DNA of 64,000 nt, from assembly GCA_965226795.1 (NCBI GenBank), contig CBDDDZ010000005.1, forward strand, positions 1,760,001 to 1,824,000, given 5' to 3'. The notes under the pieces are model-generated. The model ran no database searches, was not told the origin of the DNA, and worked only from the letters and a program-made list of their open reading frames with translations. The translations under genes and the position numbers were made by a program. This stretch comes from Candidatus Latescibacterota bacterium. GTDB taxonomy: Bacteria > Latescibacterota > UBA2968 > GCA-2709665. Shown here in pieces: positions 1 to 10,994 of the stretch (its first letter is position 1; the number at the start of each line of letters is the position of its first letter).

Positions 1-207
1 GAGTCCGTATTGGCGGCGGTTGTTGCGGATGACGGCGCAGACCTCACACCCGACGAGGTTTCCGATTACGTGCGCGCCCGTCTGGCGGGATTCAAAAACC
101 CCAGATGGGTTGAAATTGTCAAGGAACTCCCGGTAACAACCGCCACGGGAAAAGTGCAGAAAGCCGCGTTGAGAGAACGGTTCCGAGGGAAATACGGCAC
201 CGCGTGA
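1..207 (+). CDS. AMP-binding acyl-CoA synthetase/ligase, C-terminal fragment (cut by window start)
   Basis: RLAGFKNPRWVEIVKELPVTTATGKVQKAALR matches the AMP-binding C-terminal domain (A10 Lys motif P-x-T-x-x-GK). Confidence 0.85.
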   Translation, partial: ESVLAAVVADDGADLTPDEVSDYVRARLAGFKNPRWVEIVKELPVTTATGKVQKAALRERFRGKYGTA

Positions 208-213
208 CTCGTA

Positions 214-1116
214 TCAGCAATCCTGAGGTATCCTGGTTCCGCTCAAATGTTCAGCCGCCCTGCACACCGCCGAAAAATCCAGCTCGCCTGCGCCCAGACC
301 GCTGGCGGCGGCATACATCTGGTAAGTCGCCGCACCAATCGGCATAGGCACATTCAATGCCTTGCCAAGATCCACACCGATCGCCAGATCCTTCTTCATC
401 AGATCCAGCATAAATCCCGGCGCAAACGAGTTAGCCAGCAGGAAGTCCGATACCCGTATCTGAAACAATGTGGAATTGGCCGAACTCACGCTGATAACCT
501 GGCGCATTACCTCGGGGTCGGCGCCCGCCCGGATACCGAGGATCAGCCCCTCTGCAATTGCCGCCATATTGATGCCACCGATCAGCTGATTGACGATCTT
601 CACGGTCTGCCCCACGCCGACGGATCCGACGTGGAAGATATTTTCCTCCCTGCCCATCGCGTTGAACAACCCTCTGCACCGTTCGAAGTCCTTTGCGTCT
701 CCGCCGGCGATGATCGTCAGTGTCCCGTTAATCGCTCCCGCATCTCCTCCGCTTACCGGCGCATCCATCACCGCGACACCCTTTGCGGCCGCCTCTTCCG
801 CGATTTCCCGGATCGTGAGTGGTGAAATCGTACTCATGTCCACGATCAGGTCGCCCCTGGTTGCACCATGCAACACGCCATTGTCTCCAAGGATCACTTC
901 CCGCACTTCGGGATCAGCCGTCACGATCGTAATCACGATGTCCGTTTCTTCGGCGACGGCAGCCGGGGATCCGACCGACCGGGCGCCCAACCCTTCCATC
1001 TCCGCAATGATCTCCCGACGCCGCGCGTAGAACGTCAATTCGTACCCGGCCCCAATGAGATTGATCGCCATTGGTTTGCCCATAATACCCAGACCGATAA
1101 AGCCTACTTTCTCCAT
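214..1116 (-). CDS. NAD(P)-dependent beta-hydroxyacid dehydrogenase (tartronate semialdehyde reductase / 3-hydroxyisobutyrate dehydrogenase family)
   Basis: GFIGLGIMGKPMA Rossmann start, DAPVSGG, catalytic K in GQTVKIVNQ, KDL motif; GGAGG RBS upstream. Confidence 0.92.
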   Translation of the reverse strand: MEKVGFIGLGIMGKPMAINLIGAGYELTFYARRREIIAEMEGLGARSVGSPAAVAEETDIVITIVTADPEVREVILGDNGVLHGATRGDLIVDMSTISPLTIREIAEEAAAKGVAVMDAPVSGGDAGAINGTLTIIAGGDAKDFERCRGLFNAMGREENIFHVGSVGVGQTVKIVNQLIGGINMAAIAEGLILGIRAGADPEVMRQVISVSSANSTLFQIRVSDFLLANSFAPGFMLDLMKKDLAIGVDLGKALNVPMPIGAATYQMYAAASGLGAGELDFSAVCRAAEHLSGTRIPQDC

Positions 1117-1223
1117 CTGAACCTCCTTTCATCTGTCTCTGTAGTGAAGTCGCTGCCTTGAGTCCATGCAGCCATTCAATGCGGCAGAAGAAGGGATCGG
1201 CATGCGTCAGTGGCGTACTCCGG

Positions 1224-2315
1224 TCAACCGTCTTCGATACGTCGCGTCTGCAGAATCATCAACTGACCCACGGGGTTTTCGATAGCCCCCAGCGGACGCT
1301 GTTTCTCCTCCGACCAGATGTTATTTGCCGTAATGTACAGATGTCCGTCCGCCAATTTGCTATAACACAACTGGGGATATCGTTGATTTGAGACTTCGGG
1401 TATCAGCCGGTCAAACGTATCGCTATCCGGGTGGTAGGCGATAAACCGATCCATAAAATGGTAGGGAAATCCGTCCACTCCGGTGTATGGATCGTCTTTC
1501 AGCTGAATATACGCTCCGGTCTCCTCGTCGTACCGGAATCCCGAATCGTACGTACTCAAATTGTTCAACTGCCACCCCTGATAGAAAACGCCGCCGCCAA
1601 TGAACCCGAAGTCCGCCTTCCATCCCGGCACGACCCGCTCATATGCCTCTCCCGTCTGCCGGTCCAACCGGAACACACGACCCTCCTTGTAATATATGAC
1701 ATATCGCTCAGCCCGCTCGCCCGGCCGCGACGGTGGGATGCGTTGCATGTCTTCCGCCAGAAACTGACGCACTTCAGGATCGTAGTACACGCGGCGCTGC
1801 AAGCCGTCGGTACCAGGAACCCCGAAAACCTCCAGCCGCTCGGGCCAATCTACCTCTCCGATCGGCGGCAACACCCCGGCGTCCGGATATGCCATGACCT
1901 CGCCATGTTCCGCCTCGACGTCCCACACGACCAGACATGGCCTCGACCGCTCAGGCATATAGAGTACGTTGCGCGCCTTGTCCGCGTGACCATACCAGAG
2001 GTTTGCCTCCGGAAACGGCTTATCGATCTGGTACACGCGTTCCTCCGCGACGTCGAAAACCGTCAATTTCTCGTTCGTCTGCGGCAGTACAAAGACCTTC
2101 CCGCCGGCGCACAGACACTGGCTTCCCCCGTGCTTTTCCGGGATCGGAATCGTGTCGATCTCTCCTGATTCCGGCACGTACCGGTGGAGCGCCGGCAGGC
2201 TGCCCGTAAACCAGAGCGCGCCGCAGTCGTCATCATCAATCCCGTACACCCGGGTATTCTCCGCATCGACCCAGACCGAATACATCCTTGGCAACTCAGG
2301 CATATCTGTCCCCAA
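1224..2315 (-). CDS. hypothetical protein, probably beta-propeller-like
   Basis: 363-aa ORF rich in short beta-strand units (LWF, LHRY, VFVL, LTVFD, LYMP, LVVWD); no family recognised. Confidence 0.65.
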   Translation of the reverse strand: MGTDMPELPRMYSVWVDAENTRVYGIDDDDCGALWFTGSLPALHRYVPESGEIDTIPIPEKHGGSQCLCAGGKVFVLPQTNEKLTVFDVAEERVYQIDKPFPEANLWYGHADKARNVLYMPERSRPCLVVWDVEAEHGEVMAYPDAGVLPPIGEVDWPERLEVFGVPGTDGLQRRVYYDPEVRQFLAEDMQRIPPSRPGERAERYVIYYKEGRVFRLDRQTGEAYERVVPGWKADFGFIGGGVFYQGWQLNNLSTYDSGFRYDEETGAYIQLKDDPYTGVDGFPYHFMDRFIAYHPDSDTFDRLIPEVSNQRYPQLCYSKLADGHLYITANNIWSEEKQRPLGAIENPVGQLMILQTRRIEDG

Positions 2316-2422
2316 TCCAACCGAACACGTCGAGGGGTAATCCGGGGCGCTGTAATCGCCGCCAAACCGGCGGACGAGAAATCCTCAGCAGCGCTCATGC
2401 GCTTTGATGTTATTGATTCGAC

Positions 2423-2450
2423 TTGACTTTCGTTCATTAGTAGGTACCAT
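2423..2450 (+). promoter_or_regulatory. candidate sigma70 promoter for the FGGY kinase
   Basis: TTGACT-16 nt-TACCAT in the divergent intergenic region. Confidence 0.4.
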
Positions 2451-2556
2451 TGGGCCGCCTGTCAACGTATATTTCCACGCCACGACCATCGGGCGGTCAT
2501 AGAATGATGATCCGGGTCAGGCCTACTGTCCCTCCACAGCAGCGTTATTGGAATTG

Positions 2557-4086
2557 ATGTCCCAACGTCCTCGATTGGCCGGCATCGACGTCGGCACCAC
2601 GAATATCAAGGCGCTTGTCTTCGATACCGCCGGACGCGTGCAGGCCTGCGCCAGTGCGCCGACACCCACGCACTACCCTCGACCCGGTTGGGCCTACCAC
2701 AAACCGGACGAATTATGGGCGTGCACGCTGACCGTGTTGCGGAACGCGGTGTTACAACTGAACGCAACCGACCCCATCTCGAGTATCGCCGTTTCAAGTA
2801 TGGCCGAATCGGGTGTTCCCCTTGACGCTGGCGACCGCCCCACTGCCGACATCATCGCCTGGTTTGACGGACGGACTGTCCAACAAGCCGCGTGGCTGGA
2901 TAAAACCATTGGCCGTAAACGTATATACAAGATAACGGGGTTGCCGCTACGCTCGATTTTCGGCCTTTGCAAGGTGCTCTGGCTGAAGGAAAATCTCCCG
3001 GAGGCATTTGCAAAGACGGTATCCTGGTTGAACGTCGCCGACTACATCACGTTTCGACTGTGCGGAGAAAAGGGTACGGATTACTCCCTCGCGTCGCGGA
3101 TGCTTGCCTTTGACATACACCGAAGGAAATGGCATTCGGGCATACTGAAGGAGGCGGGGGTTTCACCGGACCTGTTTGCGCAGGCATTACCGTCTGGCAC
3201 GCCGCTAGGCCGGCTCCTGCCCGATGTCGCCCGCGCGTGCGGCCTTCCGACAGGCGTACAGGTGACAACCGGCGGCCACGACCACGTGTGCGGCGCCCTG
3301 GCCGTGGGCGCCACCGAACCGGATACCCTGCTCAATTCGCTGGGCACCGCCGAGGCGCTCTGCATCGCGGGAGGGCACCCTTGGGTCAGCGATGAAATCG
3401 CAGAGCAGGGATATACCACGGGAGTCCACGTAGCGCCCGATCGGTACTATATCCTGGGTGGCATCTACACATCCGGGGCATCCGTTGAATGGCTGCGTGA
3501 TATTCTAGGAACGGACGTGGAATACGGCACGCTTATCGCCGAAGCCGAAGCCGTCCCGCCGGGGAGCCTGGGCGTTCACTTCCAGCCTCATCTTCGCCTG
3601 GGGAATCCTCCGCACAACGATCCTGCTTCAAGGGCGGCCTTCGTCGGCCTGACAGCCGACGTCACGCGCGGGACCCTTTTTCGCGCCGTGCTCGAGGGAC
3701 TCGCGTACGAGTGTCGCCTGTGCCTGGAAGCGATCACGTCGCACGCCGAAATCAGCCGGCCGAAACGCATCGTTGCCATTGGCGGCAACACCCGTAACCG
3801 GCTTCTCATGCAAATCAAGAGTTCGGTCCTCAACCAGCCGATATCGGTTGCCGAAGTGGAAGAGTCCACGGCACTGGGCGCCGCGGTTCTGGGCGGCCTC
3901 GGCGCTGGCGTATACGCAGACATTGGCACGGCGCTGAAAGAACTCAGCTACGACAGCCGGACGATCGAGCCGAACGCCGAACAGGTCGAGATCTACGAGA
4001 CCGGGTTTCAGTCCGTCTACCGCGAGATTTTCCCGACACTTCAATCCTTGCACCACAACATACGAGATATTCAGAATACCGGCTGA
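2557..4086 (+). CDS. FGGY-family carbohydrate kinase (xylulokinase-like)
   Basis: GIDVGTTNIKA phosphate-1 motif, WFDGRT, GGHDH, NSLGTAE, RAVLEGLAY, ALGAA. Confidence 0.93.
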   Translation: MSQRPRLAGIDVGTTNIKALVFDTAGRVQACASAPTPTHYPRPGWAYHKPDELWACTLTVLRNAVLQLNATDPISSIAVSSMAESGVPLDAGDRPTADIIAWFDGRTVQQAAWLDKTIGRKRIYKITGLPLRSIFGLCKVLWLKENLPEAFAKTVSWLNVADYITFRLCGEKGTDYSLASRMLAFDIHRRKWHSGILKEAGVSPDLFAQALPSGTPLGRLLPDVARACGLPTGVQVTTGGHDHVCGALAVGATEPDTLLNSLGTAEALCIAGGHPWVSDEIAEQGYTTGVHVAPDRYYILGGIYTSGASVEWLRDILGTDVEYGTLIAEAEAVPPGSLGVHFQPHLRLGNPPHNDPASRAAFVGLTADVTRGTLFRAVLEGLAYECRLCLEAITSHAEISRPKRIVAIGGNTRNRLLMQIKSSVLNQPISVAEVEESTALGAAVLGGLGAGVYADIGTALKELSYDSRTIEPNAEQVEIYETGFQSVYREIFPTLQSLHHNIRDIQNTG

Positions 4087-4252
4087 ATAACGGGGAATCG
4101 GCCGAGTGCAACGGCACGGAAAGGAAAACGCGGGGGAACAGGGCGGAGGGGCACCCTTAAAAGGGTATCCTCCCTCTCGCTTTAAGCGATCGATGCGACG
4201 TTTCATTGGGAACTGGCGACGTCAACGATAGGTCTTTTTGCAGGGAGTCCAG

Positions 4253-5239
4253 ATGCACACCATTACATGCGGCATTGCGGGTTACGGCGGCATTGCCGTA
4301 TTCCATGCGCGTGCGCTTAAGCAAATTTCGGGGGTTCGCCTTCGTGCCGTCGCGGGTCGCAGAGCAACACCCGTTGAATCGTTCAGGGAAAAATGGGGTT
4401 TTGAGAAAGCCACGACCCAATACGATGATTTACTCGCCGATCCTGCAATCGATGCGATCGTTATAGCATCTCCCAGCGAGATGCATTACGAACAGACCCG
4501 GATGGCACTGGAATCCGGCAAACACGTCCTGGTGGAAATCCCCCTTGCGCTTTCGCACAAAGGCGCCGCCGAGATTGCGGGCCTGGCAAGAAGAACCGGT
4601 CGCAAACTGCTCGTTGCACATACTCGTCGTTTCAACCGCTTGGGCCGGTTTGTGAAGGATTTTATTGCGAACGGCAAGGTGGGCCAGGTGTACCAACACC
4701 ACATGCATGAATTCCAGTTGCGCCACGACAACGTCGGCTGGACAGGCTACAGGCGGAGCTGGACGGACGATGTTCTGTTCCACCATGGGTGTCACGTTCT
4801 GGATTTTTCCCTCTGGACCATCGACCAACCCGTGCGCCGCATTCGCGGTGAACTCAGCCCGCTTCACGCCAAAACCGGCACCTCGCTCGACCTGAGCATG
4901 CTGCTTCGGTATACCACGGAAACCATCGCCGCTCTCAGCCTGTCTTACAATGCCCGGGAAGGCGTCAACAACAATACCTACCTGTGCGATGCGGGTACCC
5001 TCGTCGTCTCGGGCAACCAGGTCACGCTTAACGGGAAAACCCTCTTCAAGGGCGACGACACCCTGGCCGACGACGTCCTGGTCCAGAATGTCGATTTCAT
5101 AGGTTCGATTCGGAAGGACACGCAGCCAGGCTGCAGCGCTGATCATGCCCTCGAAGCTCTGGGTCTGCTCCAGCAGGTTTACGACCAGGCGATCACGTTG
5201 GAGCAGGAAGAAAAATACAAGCGGATGTGGAAAATTTAG
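4253..5239 (+). CDS. Gfo/Idh/MocA oxidoreductase, LigC/PmdC-like subgroup
   Basis: GIAGYGGIA, GKHVLVEIPLA (EIP instead of EKP), HTRRFN, RSWTDDVLFHHGCH, resembling LigC-type motifs; GGAG RBS. Confidence 0.85.
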   Translation: MHTITCGIAGYGGIAVFHARALKQISGVRLRAVAGRRATPVESFREKWGFEKATTQYDDLLADPAIDAIVIASPSEMHYEQTRMALESGKHVLVEIPLALSHKGAAEIAGLARRTGRKLLVAHTRRFNRLGRFVKDFIANGKVGQVYQHHMHEFQLRHDNVGWTGYRRSWTDDVLFHHGCHVLDFSLWTIDQPVRRIRGELSPLHAKTGTSLDLSMLLRYTTETIAALSLSYNAREGVNNNTYLCDAGTLVVSGNQVTLNGKTLFKGDDTLADDVLVQNVDFIGSIRKDTQPGCSADHALEALGLLQQVYDQAITLEQEEKYKRMWKI

Positions 5240-5595
5240 CCGTTCGGCGCCTCCCTCGCCGCTTCAGGCACATATTCCGGCCGGGGAGGTGCGAACACGT
5301 CGATGACAAGACTGTCTTCCAACACCCTGGATCGGTGTTGCTCGTTGGGCGCAAAATGGAAAAACGTACCGGTCTCGAACAGGTGACGTTTTTCGGGTTC
5401 TCCCACGAAAAATTCCATACACCCCCGAATAACGTACCCCATTTGCTCTTCCGGATGCCGGTGCGCAGCGAACTTCGCGCCTGCCTCGACCTCGTATCGG
5501 GTGATCATCAGATTCTCTCCGCACACCGTCCGACGTACCGAAAGATCCGATATCGGATTAGGTGATATGTCGATATCTTTCACAACCAAAGCCAT
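5236..5595 (-). CDS. cupin domain protein
   Basis: HRHPEEQMGYVIRG and PNEQH cupin motifs 1 and 2, DVFAPPR tail. Confidence 0.9.
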   Translation of the reverse strand: MALVVKDIDISPNPISDLSVRRTVCGENLMITRYEVEAGAKFAAHRHPEEQMGYVIRGCMEFFVGEPEKRHLFETGTFFHFAPNEQHRSRVLEDSLVIDVFAPPRPEYVPEAAREAPNG

Positions 5596-5723
5596 TTATA
5601 CGATTCCTTTCGACAATTGAATTAATGAATCTCGGCCGCAACGAGCCGGCTGTACGACAAAATTTCCAACATATATGGACACCTCCGGCGGCGCGTAAGC
5701 GCGGAACACCGTTACCGGGTTCG

Positions 5724-6272
5724 TTAAAGAACCATCCCAACCAACACTTTGCTCTTCTTGTCCAGCCTGCCGAGGTCCAACACCTCGAACCGGTTGCCGT
5801 CCACATCCAGAATCAGTACCCGATTCTCGTCCAGCCACCGGGCGTCTTCGGCCACATTCTTTACGACGAATTCACGCCTGCCCCGGTCCGTGGAAACGTC
5901 CCAGTAGGAGACACCGTATTCGTTGCGAATCGAGTGGATCCGTTCGATTCGCGAGGTAAGATAGCGCCGCGCCAATTCCTCCCGGATAATTGCCTGATGC
6001 TCCTCAGACAGTGCGTGGACATCGTCTACCATGCAGATCACCTCGTCATTCGCGTCCAGGAAACAGATGTACCGGTCCGGTTCCGACAGGGGGGCCGCGA
6101 GGACGATTTTTACCTTCAGATACGAGCGATCGCCTTCAATGGTCATCCGCAAATGCCAGGCTGGTTCGCGGAATAGCCGGATCTTCCCGGTATCCACATC
6201 TTGCGGATGCGCCACTTCAATCGGCGTGGGCTTCCAATCGTCGTTATACTCTGGATCCATATTTTCGTGCAA
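5724..6272 (-). CDS. DUF1854 domain protein (copy 1)
   Basis: PLSEPDRYICFLD..EVICM, WDVSTDRGRREF, DVDGNRFEVLDLGRLDKKS; directly follows an ABC exporter gene. Confidence 0.85.
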   Translation of the reverse strand: MHENMDPEYNDDWKPTPIEVAHPQDVDTGKIRLFREPAWHLRMTIEGDRSYLKVKIVLAAPLSEPDRYICFLDANDEVICMVDDVHALSEEHQAIIREELARRYLTSRIERIHSIRNEYGVSYWDVSTDRGRREFVVKNVAEDARWLDENRVLILDVDGNRFEVLDLGRLDKKSKVLVGMVL

Positions 6273-6275
6273 TGC

Positions 6276-8530
6276 TCAATCCTTTCCCGGATCATTCCTG
6301 CCGCCGCCAACAGCCATCACCGCCGATGTTTCCTGCTGGCTTTTTACCAGCCGGAAAAAAATACCCTGATTTGACATCAATTCCGGGTGGGTACCCACTT
6401 CCGCCACCCTGCCTTCGTCCAGCACCACCAGCCTGTCCGCGCCGCGAAGTGTGGAGAGCCTGTGTGCGATCGCAAATGTCGTGCGGCCCTTCACAAGCCG
6501 GGAGATCGCCTTCTGAATCTTCCACTCCGTCCGCGCGTCCAGCGAAGACGTCGCCTCATCCAGTATCAGAATACGCGGATCGTGTAGAATCGCGCGATTG
6601 AAATCCGCTGCTTTTCGCCGCCCGACAGCGTTTGAAATCCTCCCTTTTCCCCGACCTTCATATCGTACCCATCCGGCTTTTGAACGATAAACTCGTGCGC
6701 CTCGGCCGCCACGGCCGCCCGTATTACTTCACTGAAGGTTGCATTCGGCTTTCCATAAGCGATATTCTCGGCAATCGTCCCGTCAAAAAGAAACGGATCC
6801 TGCTGAACCATGCCGATCTGGGATCTTAGGTCGTCCAGGCTAACCTGCCGCATCTCCAGCCCGTCGATTTCAATGCGCCCCCGATCCGGATCATAGAACC
6901 GGCAGATCAGATTGATCAACGTGGATTTGCCAGCGCCGGATTTGCCCACGAGGCCGATCATCTCTCCCGGTTTCACGTCAAGGTCAATCCCCTTCAAAAC
7001 CGGTTTTCCACGATCGTAACCGAAATCCACATTCTGAAATTCCACCCGCCCCTCCATCCGTTGCAGTCGAACCTTATTGGCCGTATCACAGGTTTCCGAT
7101 CTTGAATCCAATACCTCAAAAATCCGCTCGGCGCCGGCAAACGCTCGCAGCAGGATATTGTAGAGTTCGCCAAACCACCGCAATGGTTGGTACAACATCC
7201 ACAGATAGCTGATGAAGGCGACCAGGGCGCCTAGCGTCATTTCCCCGCCCAGGATCTGACGGCCGCCAAAATACCAGACCAGGAATACGCCCCAACTCAT
7301 CAGAAAATTCGTTACGGTAAAGAACACGAACCAATTCCGCTCGCCGGCCACACCGACCGCGCGCAGATCCTCGTTCCGTTCATCGAAACGCTCGCTTTCC
7401 CGGGATTCCTGCGCGAACGCCTTCACCACCCGGATGCCGCCAATGGATTCACTTAAGTGCGACGAAAGGCGAGACCACCTGGCGCCCCAACGGATCCAGT
7501 GGTGCATCACGCGCTTCCAGATGAGACTTCCTACGAGTAAAATCGGGGGAATCGGCAGCAGCACAAGAAGCGCAAGTTTCCAGTTTGTCACCAGCAAAAG
7601 GCCCAGAATCCCTATAAACAGCAGCAACTTCGAAACGACAAGAGGAAGATCGGACGCAAGAAACCCCTCCAGCCTGTCAGAGTCATTCGACATCCGTGAG
7701 ATGATACCGCCTATGGTTCGCCGATCGTAAAACCGCAACGGCATGAACTGTAACTTCCGATAAAGATCCGACCGTATGTCCTGCACACCCCCATGTCCCA
7801 GGCGTTGGGCCAGCCATTCCGTACACACCGAAGCCGCCCACAACAGGAGTCGCACCCCCAGCAACCCAAGCACGAGCCAGACCAGCAGATTGAAATTGCC
7901 GCGGGGCGTTAGCACGTCATCGATGATATGCTGTGTGATCCTGGGTGGCAACAGTTCCAACGCGGTCGACAACAGAGTCAGCAGCACGACCGACACCAGC
8001 CGCCACCGCTGCGCGATCAGATATCGCAGGAGGCGGAGCAACGTCTGCCATTTCTTAATGCAGGCCGCACAGATGCCATTCCTTTCCGGCAATAGTCGTC
8101 CACACCTGTCACACCGTGTCCGCTCCACTTCTTCGGACAGGGTCAATTCCTCTCCCTGTGACAGCTGTCGGATGCCGTCCGCCACCTCGGCGAATTTGGG
8201 AATCAATGACTGTGTATACGGTACATAGAGCGGACCTTCTCCCCGTCGATCCACCGCAAGACGACCGCCGCCCACCACCTCTTCCGTCCGGACACCCGCC
8301 AACTCGTCCATCGGCACCACCACCATACCGCTCTCGCCATCGTGCGGAACGACGATCAATCGTCTCTTTGTTACCACCACCCACTGCCGGCCGTACTGCC
8401 GGTTCGGTAACAGATCAGACGACACGTGCAACAGCGCCGGCTCGTCGTTCAGGCCTTCTCTTCGAAGCTTTTCCCACACCGTTTCCGGTAAGGTTTCTTT
8501 AAAGGCTTCCATCCTGGATTCCAATTCCAC
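6276..8530 (-). pseudogene. fused ABC exporter (TMD+NBD) with N-terminal extension and Zn ribbon, frameshifted near 6591-6595 (pseudogene or sequence error)
   Basis: ORF 6566..8530 has CDRC-x10-CAAC, TM domain, GKSGAGKST and LSGGEKQ; Walker B (ILILDEATSSLD) and IAHRLST continue in another frame to 6276. Confidence 0.88.
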
Positions 8531-8572
8531 CCACGGCGCCGAGACGGTCAGAACCCGACCCCTCGCGCCTGA

Positions 8573-10802
8573 CTACGCTTTCACCGCAATAATCTCGGAA
8601 ACTTCCTGCTGCAAGCGCACCAGATCGTAGAATACACCCTGCTTCGCGAGCAATTCGCGATGTGTGCCGACCTCTACAATCCTGCCGCCAGCCAGAACAA
8701 CCAGCCGATCCGCATTTCGAAGCGTTGACAACCGGTGTGCGATTGCAAACGTGGTCCGACCGCGCACCAGGCAAGACACCGCCTCCTGGATCTGAACCTC
8801 CGTCTGAACGTCGACGCTGGAAGTCGCCTCATCCAGAATCAGGACCCTTGGATCGTGCAGAATCGCTCGTGCAAGGGACACCCGCTGCTTTTCGCCTTCC
8901 GATAGATTCCCACCCCGCTCTCCCACGTCAGTATCATATCCATCGGGCCTGGACACGATAAAGCCATGCGCATTGGCCGCCTTCGCCGCCTCCATGATTT
9001 CAGAGATACTCGCTCCCGGTCTGCCGTAACCGATATTCTCCGCAATGGTTCCGCTGAACAGTATGGGCTCCTGAAGAACAATGCCGATCTGAGCTCGCAG
9101 ATCCTCCAGCCGAATATTCCGAATATCAATACCGTCAATCTCGATTCCTCCTGCATCCACGTCGTAAAACCTGCAGATCAGGTTTACCAGTGTGGTCTTG
9201 CCCACACCCGACTTGCCCACAAGTCCGATCATCTCCCCTGGTTTTACATCCAGCTCGATTCCGCGCAACACGGGTTTGGATTTGTCATATCCAAAGGTCA
9301 CATTTCTAAACTGCACTCGACCTTCCAACATTGGCACGGAGGTTGCTTTAGGGTCGCCGTAGGCTTCCGGCGGTGTATCGATGACCTCGAAGATGCGCTC
9401 GGCCCCGGTAAGCGCGCGGGACATCCAGTTACTGACCATGCCAAACCACTGCAACGGGCCGTAAAGAAGCCACATATAGTTATAGAACGCCATCAGAGTG
9501 CCCAGCGTCAACCCCCCGCCCAGCACCTCCTGCCCGCCAAAAAACCACACAATCAATACGCCCAAACCGGTCAGGAAATTTGTTGTGGTCCAGAAAACCG
9601 CCCAGCTGGTTTCCGCCTGCACTGCCCTTACCGTGAGTTCACGGTTACGCCTTTCGAATACCCCGATCTCGCGCTTCTCCTGCGCAAATGCCTTAACTAC
9701 CCGAATGCCGGACAGGGCTTCGTTCACGCGAGCTATCAATTCCGACCAGCATCTGTACCATTTGACATAGAATCGGCGCATCCGCTTCCAGCATACCGCT
9801 GTTCCTGCCACAACCAGCGGCACGGGTATGAGCACATAGAGCGTCAGGCGCCAGTTCATCCACAGCAACGCCACTACGATACCCAAAAACATCAGGCTGT
9901 TGATGACGAGATACGGCAACCCGTCCACCAGGAAATGCTGCAATCGTTCGGTGTCCCTGGTCACACGAGACATCAGCGCACCCACGTGCCGCCTGTCGTA
10001 AAACTGAAGCGATAGCAATTCCAGACAACGGTAGGAGCTGGCTTCGAATGTCCGCCGTCACCCTCGCGCTCAACCAGGTCGCCGTCCATCCGTGCAGCCA
10101 TTCCGCGCCCCAGGTAATCAACCGTACGCCCACCAGGGCAAGCACCAGGTGAACCAGCAGTTCCAGCCGATCGCCAACGGCCGATGCCGCTTCGGGCGCC
10201 AGAACGTCATCCACGATCAGCCGGGTAATCTGAGGCGGAATCAACTCAGCAGCCGTTGTCAAGATGGTTGCAAGCGCAAGCAACGCCACACGTAACCTGT
10301 AGGGCGTAAGGTACCCTGCGATTCGAGCCAGCACATCCATCCGTTTCAGGCATGCAGGACAGATCCCGTTCTTTTCAGGCAGAAGCCGGCCACAGGACTC
10401 GCATCGATTCCGCTCCGGCGCCATACTCGCCATTAGCGGCTGTGACGTCCGAAGACGCTCAATCCCGCGGGCCAACTCCGAAAACTCCCCCGTCTGGGTT
10501 TGGGAATGGAGTACACGTATTGTTGGCAGGGCCTTGCGTTCGATTTCCAGCTCGGCACCCCCCACAAGGGGTTCTGTACTGGCGCACCTCACATCCTCTA
10601 AAGGAATGTCCACCGTGTCTCGTGTGCCTCCCTCACGCAGCACGAGGATCCGTTTTCGTGTCACGACCACCCACTGTGCGCCATAATCGCCAAGGGCGTC
10701 CATGTCCGAACGCGCTTGCAGCAACGCAGTCTCGCCATCGTCCAAAACGGCGTGTACGTGAGACGCGATGCCGTCGATCGGTTTACCCTGCAATAAATCC
10801 AT
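8573..10802 (-). pseudogene. fused ABC exporter with N-terminal extension and Zn ribbon, +1 frameshift at ~10034 (pseudogene or sequence error)
   Basis: N-part has CESC-x10-CPAC; removing one C from cag ctc c tac restores RSQLYRCLELLSLQFYD into ORF 8573..10018 with GKSGVGKTT, LSEGEKQ, LILDEATSS. Confidence 0.88.
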
Positions 10803-10994
10803 TGTACTCACTTCTTCTAATATCTGCGCGCGCAACGACTTCGAATCGCTATGGCACACATCACCCGATGCGACCATTCCCGATAGCATCCGGTTTCAAA
10901 CATCCACATCCCCATCAATCAAAAATTGCCGCCCTTCGTGTGAATGGCGACTTTTCAAAGTTTCTGCAATACGTCCGACTTCCTGCCGGCCGGA

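Noticed and set aside
6276..10802. Programmed ribosomal frameshifting as the explanation for the split ABC genes
   Set aside because: No slippery heptamer at either site; one lesion removes conserved residues; the third paralog is continuous
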